Shown: positions 28,722-38,738 of the stretch, piece by piece | How positions within the stretch are numbered: the first letter of the stretch is position 1 | How the letters are laid out: the number at the start of each line of letters is the position of its first letter | Source: Chloropicon primus | Taxonomy: Eukaryota | Assembly: GCA_023205875.1 (NCBI GenBank) | Contig: CP060761.1 | Location: 434,001 to 498,000 of the forward strand | Length of the DNA stretch: 64,000 nucleotides | Direction of reading: 5' to 3' | The notes under the pieces: generated by a model | Seen by the model: the letters and a program-made list of their open reading frames with translations, nothing else | The model's database searches: none | What the model was told of the DNA's origin: nothing | Translations under genes and position numbers: made by a program

Positions 28722-31277
28722 TTAATTTCCCTCGAGTCTTTTCAGGCAGCCAGAAACCTCTTCAGATATTGTACAAAGCCAGTCCTTCTCGCTCACAAGG
28801 AGTTCCACGACCTTGCCGTCGTCCTTCCCGCCCTCCTCTATGCAAGCCATCAACAATTGGGTAGCGAGCTCTTTCAGATCCTCCTCCTTGACAGAGGACG
28901 CTTTTTGGCGACCCAGCAACAACAGCACCTGTATCAAGCTATCGCACACATCGAAGACTCGGCCAGGCGGGTACAAGCTCCTCTCCAATTGAGACAGCGC
29001 GCTGATGGCGTGGCTGAGAACCTTATAATTCACGCTGGACTTCATCAGGGAGGTAACCGAAGTCAGTATTCTGCTGATAAGCTCCGCGTCAGCAGACACC
29101 GACAGCTTGAAGAATGATCCCGCGGCATAGCAGCAGTTCCATTGACTTTTGGTGTTGCCCCTGCGCAAAGCAGTGAGGATGCAGTCCACCGCTTGGCCTG
29201 TGAACCCCTTGATGTCAGTCTCCAAAGTTGCGCACAAGTCAAATATGTACCCAATGCACCTCACAGCGTTGCACTTTATCTTGTCATTGCATTCCGCCAA
29301 CCTCATCGTCAGGCTTGCAATCGAAGGCAAGTGCCGGATTACGGTCTGGGTCATCTCATGCCCAAGACTCCCGTTCTTGTGTTGAGTTTGCTCCCTCAGA
29401 AAATCACAAACGTTTGCGAGGGACCACGCAAGACTGACTTGCAGAGTCCCCGAGTCGCTGCTTCCCAGCTGAATCACACTGGAGAGCCCCTGCTCAAAAA
29501 CATTTGTTGCCCGTAACAGAGGCTCCAAAGACAGCAGAGCCCCGAGTGCTCTGCAGGCTGACGAGCGAATTCCTATGCTGCTGGAACTGTCAGCCCCTGC
29601 GTAGTAACAGACTTTTGTGACGAGAAATTCCAGCTTCCCGGCGTCCACATTCTCCGCGAGGCCGGACTTCAAGTGAGTGATTGACTGCAAGACGGCACTC
29701 CTGATCAAAGATGATTTGCACACCATCCCCTCAAGCATGATTTCCTCGCAAAAAGGAACCATGTCCTTTGGGGCCTGAGGGAGCGGAAGCATCTCAGACA
29801 AGACCCGGATTGCCTGTTGACAAATCTTTTCATCGAGGACGGGCTTCTTCCCCGCCTCTGATCCCTCCAAGTCCTGCTGGCGAAGAAAGTTCTTCACGGC
29901 ACTGTACACCTCGTGCGTGTGGGGCGCAACAAGCCCAGGCAAGGCCTTGGCAAAGCGTTGCAAGCTTATCGATGTGTCTAGCCGGACCCCTGAAGGGTAA
30001 GCATCGTTGCATGTGATGGTGGCCATTGCCGATATCAGCCTCTGCAAAGACTCGTCGCCGTTCCCCTGGGACGAGACGCCCTTTTTCGAGATCAAGAGTG
30101 AAAAACAATTTGCTGCGTTTTGTAGCACAGAGAATTCCTCGGAGCTTGTCTCTCTCCCCGACTGCTGCACTGACCGCTCCACGAGGCCGTGGAACTTCTG
30201 AAACAGGAACCCGAACATCTCAGGAGCCAGCTGGGGCTCCAATTTATCGTAAGGAGACACGGCGATCAATGCACCGAGTGCCCGGAGGGTGGAGCTCAGC
30301 AAGATCGCGCTGTTCTCTTTCGCCATCGCGTCCCGGAACGTGGAGTGCAAGCTGGTAAGAAGCCTGCCCAGCTGGATGGGGAGCGTGGTAAAGCCCCTGT
30401 GCAACCCCTTTGAGGCCTGTGGCAGCTCTGCTATGGCCAAATACGATCGCTGGGTAGTGCCCTCAAGCATCTTCGTCGCAACTTTCGCCGCTATTGTCCG
30501 CAAGCTTTTACTCCTCGCCTCGTCACCGATAACCTCGCTGATCACCTCAAACAGCTGTATGAAGTATGGTTGGAGCTGCTTGGCCTCGATGCATTCCAGG
30601 CATTGCAGGCAAAGGTAAGGCAGAGACCTTGCCCTGCTTCCTTCGAGCTCACTGTCGCTGACGTCGCTATCGCTGCCTCTCCTGTGCGGGGGCACATACC
30701 GAGTTGTGGGAGCACCAGCGGTAGCAGCGGCAGCGGTAGCGGTCCCCGCGGTGGGACCAGCCCTCCCCATGAATACGGGCGCCACCCTCGCCAAGGTCCT
30801 GACATCGTCCTCAGTCAATCGGACGCTCCTCACCAGCAAGTGCAGAAGGAGCTTGAGAAGCTCTTTCTTTGACACGATGTTCAACTTCTTGCTTGTGGTG
30901 GTGACACAAGTCAGAAGCTTCAGCACGCTGGTCTTCAGCGACTTGAACTCCTCCTCCGGAAAGCCTCGAGCGCGACGGCAGGTCTCTATGATCGCGCTTG
31001 AGCACAAGGACGGATTCACCTTGGCCCTCTCTGACCCCTCTTCCACCTTGAGCACCGTCGAGAGAGCACCGAACACCATCTGCAAGTCCTCTGCCGTGAT
31101 GCCACGCTCGCCGGAAGCCAAACCTTTGTTGGAAGAGAACGTCTGAGCCACGCTTTCGAGGAAAGCGTCGACGGGGACCTCGGGAGAGGGGTGTCCATTG
31201 GGCTGGCCGCCCTTCTGGCCCCGTCGAGGGCTCTCGGCCAACGCCCTCGACTGCTTCACGAGCGCCTCGAGCGTCAT
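28722..31277 (-). CDS. HEAT/ARM-repeat protein, HEATR6-like
   Basis: Leu-rich helical repeats, 'SDSDVSDSE', 'AWSLANVCD', 'DKIKCNAVRCIG', 'KSQWNCCYAAG', 'NYKV'. Confidence 0.72.
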   Translation of the reverse strand: MTLEALVKQSRALAESPRRGQKGGQPNGHPSPEVPVDAFLESVAQTFSSNKGLASGERGITAEDLQMVFGALSTVLKVEEGSERAKVNPSLCSSAIIETCRRARGFPEEEFKSLKTSVLKLLTCVTTTSKKLNIVSKKELLKLLLHLLVRSVRLTEDDVRTLARVAPVFMGRAGPTAGTATAAAATAGAPTTRYVPPHRRGSDSDVSDSELEGSRARSLPYLCLQCLECIEAKQLQPYFIQLFEVISEVIGDEARSKSLRTIAAKVATKMLEGTTQRSYLAIAELPQASKGLHRGFTTLPIQLGRLLTSLHSTFRDAMAKENSAILLSSTLRALGALIAVSPYDKLEPQLAPEMFGFLFQKFHGLVERSVQQSGRETSSEEFSVLQNAANCFSLLISKKGVSSQGNGDESLQRLISAMATITCNDAYPSGVRLDTSISLQRFAKALPGLVAPHTHEVYSAVKNFLRQQDLEGSEAGKKPVLDEKICQQAIRVLSEMLPLPQAPKDMVPFCEEIMLEGMVCKSSLIRSAVLQSITHLKSGLAENVDAGKLEFLVTKVCYYAGADSSSSIGIRSSACRALGALLSLEPLLRATNVFEQGLSSVIQLGSSDSGTLQVSLAWSLANVCDFLREQTQHKNGSLGHEMTQTVIRHLPSIASLTMRLAECNDKIKCNAVRCIGYIFDLCATLETDIKGFTGQAVDCILTALRRGNTKSQWNCCYAAGSFFKLSVSADAELISRILTSVTSLMKSSVNYKVLSHAISALSQLERSLYPPGRVFDVCDSLIQVLLLLGRQKASSVKEEDLKELATQLLMACIEEGGKDDGKVVELLVSEKDWLCTISEEVSGCLKRLEGN

Positions 31278-31684
31278 TTGAGTTTTTGAGTGGGCCCAGC
31301 AGATCTGGCGGGAAGAGTCCAGAGCATGGTGAGGTGAATGGAGGAGAGAAGGAGGGGAGGGGAAAGATGGGGGAGTGATGAATAAATGGATGCACATTCA
31401 ATTCATTCCTTCTCCTTCTCTTTTCCAAAGAAGCCTCGCTTGATCCATTTTATCTCTCTGGAGAGAAGAGGACAGTGATTGATGGTGGTGGCTGGAGAGA
31501 GGCTCTGTCTTGCACTTTGACGTCTCCCTCTCTCGGTGCCACGCATTCAGAGATGCTGGCGGTGGCCGCAGGCTCAGAGGAAGGACAGAATGACGGATGA
31601 TCGCGGAGGTTCACTGCTGCAGGGCTCGCTCACTCTGGTATACAAAGGTTGTGTTATTATTACATCCTCATTGTCGATGGGGAG

Positions 31685-32815
31685 TCAAAGGTCGTATCCA
31701 AAGGTGGCGAAGGATTCTTTCCACTCCCTTCTCACGAGGTCTTTCATGTCTCGGCTGAGACTCTTGTGAGCATTCTTTTTGAACCCCTTTATCTCCGTGC
31801 TGAGGTAGTCATCCATAGCAAGTCGCATGGCGTCGTAACCAGGGAGGTTGAGCTGATGGTAAAGGCCACGGATGACCCTCCTTGGATCCCGATCCAGGAG
31901 CTCGAACGGGACCTCGAAGAGGCTGGAATCGTCCAGCAACTTCCTGTCTCTGGTGTAGGCCGAGTAAAGAAGCTTGTACTGCTCGACGATGAAATTCATG
32001 ATGTCCTCCTCCTTCACCCGGTTGAGGTAGCAGAACCAGTAGTACGTGTCCGCCATGTGGCAAGCCGATTGGAAGACTTCGTACGGGTTCCTGTGGCAAT
32101 ACACGAACTTGGCTTGAGGAAACATTTCCAGCAGCAGGGGTATTCTCGCCGTGTGAACCGGGCTCTTGATCACCAGGGGCTTGTACCCGTGCTTGTATTG
32201 CACCTTCCGCAAGAAGAAGAGGAAGGAGGTTTGCCACCGCCTCTTCTCGTCGGGTGGGCAGTCCTCCTCGTTGAACTCAAACCAAGGTCTAAAGGTTGAG
32301 AACTTTGTCATGACCGCAATCTGCAGGTAGGGCGAGAACGCGCACAGTTGGTTGGTGGCGACCTCGTCCTCCTGGGGCAGGGTGAACCTCAGCGCCATGC
32401 CATCCATGGGCCTCGTCTTGTCGATCATCGGTTTCAGGAGCCATGAGAACCTCTCCAGAAGCAGGAACGTGGAAGGAAACCCGCACTCGAAAGTATTGGC
32501 GTAGGCAAATGACTTGTCAAGCGACAGCAAATTGTGAACGTGGGTTGTGCCCGTCCTGGGATGCCCGAGAATAAATACAACTTTCGGGTGGAGCTTCGTG
32601 GACTCGACCCGCTTCCTGTAGATCAGATCCTCCGCGAAGCCGACGAAGGAGTTGAACAAGCTGAAGGACAGCAAGAACACGATCCGATGCAAGTAGTACA
32701 GAAAATCAATCTCTTTCCTGAACTGATAGAGGACCTTCACGAGCTCACCGAAACAGATGCCTGACAAGAGATGGTTCTTGAGCTGAAAGCGATGCTTGGG
32801 AGTGAACACGCCCAT
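31685..32815 (-). CDS. P-loop sulfotransferase family protein
   Basis: 5'-PSB 'VFILGHPRTGTTHVHNLL', 'TRPMD...LPQEDE', 'LVIKSPVHTARI', 3'-PB 'HRNPYEVFQS'. Confidence 0.85.
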   Translation of the reverse strand: MGVFTPKHRFQLKNHLLSGICFGELVKVLYQFRKEIDFLYYLHRIVFLLSFSLFNSFVGFAEDLIYRKRVESTKLHPKVVFILGHPRTGTTHVHNLLSLDKSFAYANTFECGFPSTFLLLERFSWLLKPMIDKTRPMDGMALRFTLPQEDEVATNQLCAFSPYLQIAVMTKFSTFRPWFEFNEEDCPPDEKRRWQTSFLFFLRKVQYKHGYKPLVIKSPVHTARIPLLLEMFPQAKFVYCHRNPYEVFQSACHMADTYYWFCYLNRVKEEDIMNFIVEQYKLLYSAYTRDRKLLDDSSLFEVPFELLDRDPRRVIRGLYHQLNLPGYDAMRLAMDDYLSTEIKGFKKNAHKSLSRDMKDLVRREWKESFATFGYDL

Positions 32816-32949
32816 CGAGGCGTCAATCCAGGTCAAGGTAATCCAACCGATCGAGAAAAGAAAACCCTATCTAGCGGCAAAACGCCTTCCTCCCCATCAA
32901 ACAAACAAACGACCCATCCACTCATCCACCCACCGGCCTCCTCCTCTCC

Positions 32950-33075
32950 CTCCTCGCGTCACCTCTCGTGTCGATCGACGACTCTATCGAAAGATAAAGA
33001 GACGCTCTATCGATCCCCCACATCCCCCGCTTCCCTCCGCTTCACCCGCTCCCGTCTCTCTCTCGTCTCCCTCCC
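32950..33075 (+). repeat. Dispersed intergenic element, copy A
   Basis: 'cctctcgtgtcgatcgacgactctatcgaaagataaagagacgctctatcgatc' closely matches the reverse complement of copy B. Confidence 0.75.
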
Positions 33076-33124
33076 TCTCGTCGTGTCCTTGGGCGCCCAC
33101 CCTGTGTCCCTTTCTGGCAAAGCG

Positions 33125-34489
33125 ATGAGGAGGTTCGTCGCCGTCGCCGTCGCTTCGTCCGGAAGGAGCCACCGCAAGGCGTGGTCGGTCAGCGCATTGC
33201 GTGATGCGGAGAAGCCTCCACCCTCGAGTGAAACCTTCGAGACGTGGGAACCAAGAGATTTCTTCTCCTTCGAGGTTCTCCATCAGTCCACAGCATCGAA
33301 GGCACGTGTGGGAAGGATCCACACGCCGCATGGGTACGTCGACACTCCAGGGTACGTCGCGGTGGCGACGAATGCCGCATTGAAGCACATCGACCACACC
33401 TTGACGGACTTCAAGCATGACTCGTCGTCGTCGTCGTTGTCATCGACGACGCCATCATCGACGAGTCGTCTCGGCATTGATGGTGGGCAGCAACTGATGT
33501 TCTGCAATAGTTACCATCTTCTTCTGCAGCCTGGAGGGGATGTGGTGGAGGAGGCCGGAGGGTTGCACAAGTTCATGAATCGAAACCATCCACTGATCAC
33601 AGATTCGGGTGGGTTTCAAGTGTTCTCGTTGTCAAACCACTCGGTGACTGATGAGCTGAACAGGAAGCAGACGACGACGAGGTACGCCAAGGGAATGCTC
33701 AAGGTGACCGAGGAGGGGGCGGTGTTCAGGTCGTACAGGGACGGAAAGCTGGTGAATTTGACGCCGGAGAGGAGCGTGCTCAACCAGAAGCAGCTAGGAG
33801 CGGACATTATTATTCCTCTCGACGAGCTTCCCCCCTTTCACACCTCCACCGCGGATCTGGTCAGGAGCGTTGCTCTGACTCACCGCTGGGAAGCGAGGAG
33901 CCTGCGGACCCACCTCGAGGACGTGAAGCAGCAGGCGATGCTCGGGGTCATCCACGGGGGGATAGACAGAGAGATCAGGACGTGGAGCACGGACTATATC
34001 AAGAGCTTGCCCTTTGATGGATTCGCCATCGGGGGCTCGCTGGGGAGGGACACCGGGGAGCTCATGGGCATCTTGAACACGGTGATGCCGATGCTCCAGC
34101 GGGACGGGGAGGCCCTCCCCGCGACTCAGCAGAGGCCGGTGCACTTGCTCGGGGTCGGAGACGAGGGATCGATCAGGGCGGCGGTCCAGATGGGCTTGGA
34201 CACGTTTGACTCCTGCTTTCCGACTCGCCTCGGACGCCACGGGACGGCCCTGACCTCGAAAGGGCGTTTGAACATCACGAACAGGAGGTTCAAGACGGAG
34301 TACAACGCCGTGCTCGACGAGGAATGCGACTGCCACGTGTGCGCGAACGGCTTTTCGAGGGCCTACCTCCACCACCTCTTCAAGGCCAAGGAACCCCTTG
34401 GGCACCAGTTTCTTGCCATTCACAACTTGCGGTACATGAACAGGCTCATGGCGAGCATCAGGAGTGACATCCTCGAAAACAAGTTGTAA
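33125..34489 (+). CDS. tgt: Queuine tRNA-ribosyltransferase (TGT), organelle-targeted
   Basis: 'ARVGRIHTPHG', 'TDSGGFQVFSL', 'LDE', 'DTFD', Zn site 'CDCHVC...H'; N-terminal presequence. Confidence 0.93.
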   Translation: MRRFVAVAVASSGRSHRKAWSVSALRDAEKPPPSSETFETWEPRDFFSFEVLHQSTASKARVGRIHTPHGYVDTPGYVAVATNAALKHIDHTLTDFKHDSSSSSLSSTTPSSTSRLGIDGGQQLMFCNSYHLLLQPGGDVVEEAGGLHKFMNRNHPLITDSGGFQVFSLSNHSVTDELNRKQTTTRYAKGMLKVTEEGAVFRSYRDGKLVNLTPERSVLNQKQLGADIIIPLDELPPFHTSTADLVRSVALTHRWEARSLRTHLEDVKQQAMLGVIHGGIDREIRTWSTDYIKSLPFDGFAIGGSLGRDTGELMGILNTVMPMLQRDGEALPATQQRPVHLLGVGDEGSIRAAVQMGLDTFDSCFPTRLGRHGTALTSKGRLNITNRRFKTEYNAVLDEECDCHVCANGFSRAYLHHLFKAKEPLGHQFLAIHNLRYMNRLMASIRSDILENKL

Positions 34490-34853
34490 CCATAATCTAT
34501 ATTTTGACGCGTGTACCCACATTATAGTATAGCGCCTCCTGCCAAAATAACTTTGCTCTGTTCATCATCCATCCATTGTCTGCAGACAGACCCGAAAGAG
34601 AGAGAGGGAGAGAGAAGACGATGGCACAAGATCAATGATGGAAGATCGATGATGGATGATGGATGATTGAATGAAAGCTCAAGGTCCTCACCCTTCCCAT
34701 CAGGAGTCCCCCCCATCACTCATCTTCTCCCTCCCTCTCTCCTCTCTGCGGCGCACGCACATGAAGCTGGATTACAAGCTCCTCATTTTTGAAAGGAGCC
34801 GGGCGGTTTTGAAAGAGAGCGCGCGCCAAGAGAGAGAGAGGGAGAGAGAGAGG

Positions 34854-34885
<32 letters not shown>

Positions 34886-34892
34886 GGAGAGG

Positions 34893-36665
34893 ATGGCGGA
34901 AGTGAACGACCCGGACCACGAGGCGACGATGCAGACGATCCAGAGACTCCAGCGCGAGGACCTCGAGGAGACGGGTGCTTTGGACGATTGGAAGGAGGGG
35001 AGGAGGCAGGACGAGGATAATGATTACAGACCTCCCGGAGTGGAGACGAAGAAGCCGGTGAAGAAGAAGCAGAAGCAGAAGCATGTGGTGGAGGGTCAGA
35101 ACGGCAAGGAGGAGAGGCGGGACGTGGCCAGCAACAAGGAGAACATCTGTGATGGAGGCGGATCACCCGAAGGCGTGAAGGGGGAGGGGGAGGGGGAGGG
35201 GGAGGAAGCGACGACGACGACAGCGGTCAAGGCGAAGGCGGGGGTGAAGCCACGGCCGAAGAAGAGGAGCTCTGCGCCGAGGGGGGTATCGCTGCTGGAC
35301 TTGATCAAGGAGGGACTGATGGAGCCAGGGCAAGGGGTGCTGAAGATCGTGTACAAGAACCACGAGTACGTAGGGGACTTGACGGAGGACGGGCTGATCT
35401 CCTTCGAGGGCGAGGAGTGGGAGTCACCCTCGGCGTGGTCCATAAATGTGAAGAGGCGACTGTTTCCTGAGAAGAAGGCTGATGACGGGTGGAAGAGCGT
35501 GATGCACCAGGGCAAGAAGATCGAGTCCATCAAGCACGAGTACATTAAGAAGCTCTTTGGGCTCGGGTCGTACGGGAGCGGACTGACCAGCTTTCAGCCC
35601 AAGTTGGAACTCAGCGGCGGGCCCGTAGCGACGATGATACCGAGCGTGAGTCTTCATGGGGTGTCGGCGAAGGAGATCGTGGACTCGACGCCTTGGCCGG
35701 TCCAAAGGCCGTCCGAGCAGACGGAGTACTCGAAGCAGAGACCAAAGAGGGAGGTCAAGCGAAAACAGTGGATCGCCGATGGGGACCTCGAGCAGGGGGG
35801 GCACACCATGGTCCCCATGGAGCACTTTTGCGGGACCCCTGGGTCGGGCGAGGAGGGATCGCAGCCCTTTGCCGTCGAAGTCAGCTGTGGCTGCGAGATT
35901 GTGATGGACATCCACAGCTACATGAGCGAGAGGCACGAGATCATTGGGCTCCTGGGGGGACAGATTGGCCTGAGCAGAGGAAGGCCTTTTCTCAAAGTGG
36001 AGGAAGCCTTCCCGGTGAAGGAGGTGACCACCGAGGACAACACTATCAATGTCGAAATGGACCCGGAGAGCGAGGTCCAAGTCAGGGAGAAGATGAAGGC
36101 GAAGGGAATGGTCTGCGTGGGTTGGTACCACTCCCACCCCAGCTTCCCTGCCGTCCCAAGCATGATCGACCTGAAGAACCAGCTGAACTACCAGATGCTC
36201 GTGAGGGATGAGAAGCTCGGGCTGGAACCCTTCGTAGCGGGGATCGTTTCCCCTTACAACCCAAAGGTAGCCGGGCTCAAGTCGGAACTCGCGTGGTTCT
36301 ACGTCTCGAGGGATAACTCCGAAAGCTCCTTTGCTCCAGGAGCGGGGGAGCTCGACAAGAACTGCAGGAGCATGAGCCTCGACGTGGAAACCGTGGGCAA
36401 CTCCCAAATCATCTCAGACTGCATGTCGAAGATCAAGATGCTCGCGGAGTGGTACAGCGCGAACAGCACGGACTGGAGCTCCATCTGGGAAGGGGAGGTC
36501 ACACTTCTGGACAAGTTGATCGCATCGGTTTCGGAGCGCCTGCCCAGGAACTGGCAGGAACCAATAAGGGACACCTTCGTCGGCGCCATCAAGAGCTACA
36601 TGAAGGCTTCCTGGGAGAAGACCATTGTGAAGGAGAATTTGGAGAGCCTGGAAGGAGTAAATTAA
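34893..36665 (+). CDS. MPND: MPND-like protein: RAMA domain plus MPN/JAMM domain
   Basis: RAMA 'LLDLIKEGLMEPG...GDLTEDG.I...SPSAW...DGWKSV'; JAMM 'EIIGLLGG' and 'VGWYHSHPSFPAVPSMID'. Confidence 0.82.
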   Translation: MAEVNDPDHEATMQTIQRLQREDLEETGALDDWKEGRRQDEDNDYRPPGVETKKPVKKKQKQKHVVEGQNGKEERRDVASNKENICDGGGSPEGVKGEGEGEGEEATTTTAVKAKAGVKPRPKKRSSAPRGVSLLDLIKEGLMEPGQGVLKIVYKNHEYVGDLTEDGLISFEGEEWESPSAWSINVKRRLFPEKKADDGWKSVMHQGKKIESIKHEYIKKLFGLGSYGSGLTSFQPKLELSGGPVATMIPSVSLHGVSAKEIVDSTPWPVQRPSEQTEYSKQRPKREVKRKQWIADGDLEQGGHTMVPMEHFCGTPGSGEEGSQPFAVEVSCGCEIVMDIHSYMSERHEIIGLLGGQIGLSRGRPFLKVEEAFPVKEVTTEDNTINVEMDPESEVQVREKMKAKGMVCVGWYHSHPSFPAVPSMIDLKNQLNYQMLVRDEKLGLEPFVAGIVSPYNPKVAGLKSELAWFYVSRDNSESSFAPGAGELDKNCRSMSLDVETVGNSQIISDCMSKIKMLAEWYSANSTDWSSIWEGEVTLLDKLIASVSERLPRNWQEPIRDTFVGAIKSYMKASWEKTIVKENLESLEGVN

Positions 36666-36901
36666 TCAATTCGTTCTCGTTCGACAAGCTTTCCCTCATT
36701 CCTCCCCCCCCCAAAGAAAAAATCCCGTAGGCCCAGAGGTGATTCCCTATTGACTACTATTGAGCAAGCAATCAAGCCTGCTACCCCATCCATAACCATA
36801 CACCAAGGCAAGCAAACACTCTTATCACTCACCCCTGACCAGCCCTGAAGATCTCCACCTCCTCCCCTATCTCTCTCAAGGGAGTGCAGGAGTGCAGGAC
36901 C

Positions 36902-38710
36902 ATGCATCGGCTCCCGACCCACCCAGCGAGGAGAAGGTGCCCCGCCCATCGCGATGGGCGAGGACGAGGGCGAGGAGGTAAACCATCTCCATCATCATCA
37001 TCATCAACAACAACAACATCGTCGTCGTCGTCGTCGTCATCATCATCATGGTCACGGTTGATGATGCGGAGGGCGAGGCGAGGAGGCTTGAGGCGTTTGT
37101 GCAAGAGCCACGGCGAGGACAGGAGCACGGGAAGCGTGCAGCTGGAGACCTTGGAAGTCATCCAATCCTTGGGACCTCTTGGGGAGAGGCTTCTGACTCT
37201 GCCGAGGACGACTGTGAGCAACTTGCAGAGTCGGGTGGAGAGTCTCAAGACCTGGCAGAGCAAGCTCCAGAGGGGCGTCCTGCCAACAGGCAGCGAGCAG
37301 GGTGGCATCGGGGAAGGGAAGTCGATGGATGGAAGTTTGGCCTGGCCAGAAGAGCCGTTTCAAGGTCAGCTCTTGCAGGCTTTGGCCGAGCTTGACATGG
37401 CCTCGCTGACGAGACGGTTCCCAAAGCTGACCAACACGCTTCTGGCTAACATGATGGACGTGGTGGAGGAGTTTGAGGCGAGCTACGTGGAGTCAGACGA
37501 CGATGACGAAGCGGAGGAGGAGGAGGTGCAGGACGATGACCAACCCCCGAGTCCGTCGTCGATAGACGTGGCGCAGGATAGTGGCCTGGAACCTGCAGAG
37601 GGTGGGGACGGGGAGGAGATCACCACCGTGGATGAGAACGCCGAGCTGGCAGAGGATCTTTTGGCAGAATTCAGGAAGGAGTGGGAACCGATAGCGGAGG
37701 CGCTCGATACGTCCGAGCAGTTCTTCGAGGACCTGGGTGACATGGTGCAGGAGCAGTTCTCCCATGACATCGACACCCTGGGCACTCAGAACTCCGTGTG
37801 GAAGCACACTGGGTGGAAGGAGATCAAGGAACTGTCGAGGAAGCTGGAGAGGCTGCCGCAGCTGAGAAAGCTTGTTCGAGACTTGGGAAGGGGGAGCAGG
37901 GGGAGAGGCCCGAAGCGGTTAGCGAACGCGGAGGAGTACATGAGCGGCAATCCGGAGGGCCTGATCACAAGCAATTTGGTGATCGAGGAGACTGCCGGCG
38001 TCTTCCGGAGCGGCGAGATCATGAACATGCTCCCCTCGGAGGCCTCCCTCCTCGCCGCAGGTCGGGGGAATGGGATCTTGAAACAGCTGTGGCACAGCAA
38101 GAGAATGGAGAGGAGCTTGCTGAGCTACGAGAGGGTGGGCTGGATGGACGACGAGGACAGCAACGTGCTGGAGCGGATGGAAATTAGGCCATCCGGAGTG
38201 CAGGGCCCAATCATCCTTTGTCTGGACACGAGCGCCTCCATGGCGGGCGATAGGGAGAAGGTTGCCAAGGCCCTCGTCCTCGAGTGCGTCAGGGGGGCCA
38301 AGCAGCAGCAGAGAAAGTGCTACCTGATCGCTTTCAGCGGAAAGGACGAGGTCAAGGAGCTTGAGCTGTCCTCCGATGTGGATTCCATGAAGGGCTTGCT
38401 GGAATTTTTGGGGGGCGGCTTCGATGGCGGCACCGACATCAACGAGCCGATCAGCAGGTCGATCTCTCTTCTGAGGGACGAGTCGGAGGAGTGGAGCAAC
38501 GCCGACATCCTGATTGTCACGGACAGCGAGATCCCTGCCTTGAGGAAGGACCTGAGGGAGGAGATCCACAAAGAAGTGGAGAACAGGCTGCTGCAGATCC
38601 ACGGCCTTGTCGTGGGCCCAAGGAGAACTTCGAACTTGACGGACCTGTGCACGGAGCCCTTGCATATTTTCAACGACTGGGACGTCTTCAAGTTCGATGA
38701 CGCATATTGA
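36902..38710 (+). CDS. ViaA-like von Willebrand factor A domain protein, probably plastid-targeted
   Basis: Ser/Arg-rich N-terminus, 'NMLPSE', MIDAS 'GPIILCLDTSASM', 'GGTD', 'ADILIVTDSE'. Confidence 0.78.
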   Translation: MHRLPTHPARRRCPAHRDGRGRGRGGKPSPSSSSSTTTTSSSSSSSSSSWSRLMMRRARRGGLRRLCKSHGEDRSTGSVQLETLEVIQSLGPLGERLLTLPRTTVSNLQSRVESLKTWQSKLQRGVLPTGSEQGGIGEGKSMDGSLAWPEEPFQGQLLQALAELDMASLTRRFPKLTNTLLANMMDVVEEFEASYVESDDDDEAEEEEVQDDDQPPSPSSIDVAQDSGLEPAEGGDGEEITTVDENAELAEDLLAEFRKEWEPIAEALDTSEQFFEDLGDMVQEQFSHDIDTLGTQNSVWKHTGWKEIKELSRKLERLPQLRKLVRDLGRGSRGRGPKRLANAEEYMSGNPEGLITSNLVIEETAGVFRSGEIMNMLPSEASLLAAGRGNGILKQLWHSKRMERSLLSYERVGWMDDEDSNVLERMEIRPSGVQGPIILCLDTSASMAGDREKVAKALVLECVRGAKQQQRKCYLIAFSGKDEVKELELSSDVDSMKGLLEFLGGGFDGGTDINEPISRSISLLRDESEEWSNADILIVTDSEIPALRKDLREEIHKEVENRLLQIHGLVVGPRRTSNLTDLCTEPLHIFNDWDVFKFDDAY

Positions 38711-38722
38711 TAATGTACAATG

Positions 38723-38727
38723 TTACA
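38723..38727 (-). terminator. Putative chlorophyte UGUAA polyadenylation signal; others at 8017-8021 and 19301-19305 on the minus strand
   Basis: TGTAA lies within ~25 bp downstream of minus-strand stops in the short AT-rich gaps between convergent genes. Confidence 0.5.
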
Positions 38728-38738
38728 CTTGTGTACAC

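Noticed and set aside
32771..33124. Long N-terminal extensions in the ORF track (also for 34671, 17906, 6233, 39791, 31397)
   Set aside because: They run through GA/CT microsatellites and promoter elements or use non-ATG starts; downstream ATGs give more plausible N-termini.
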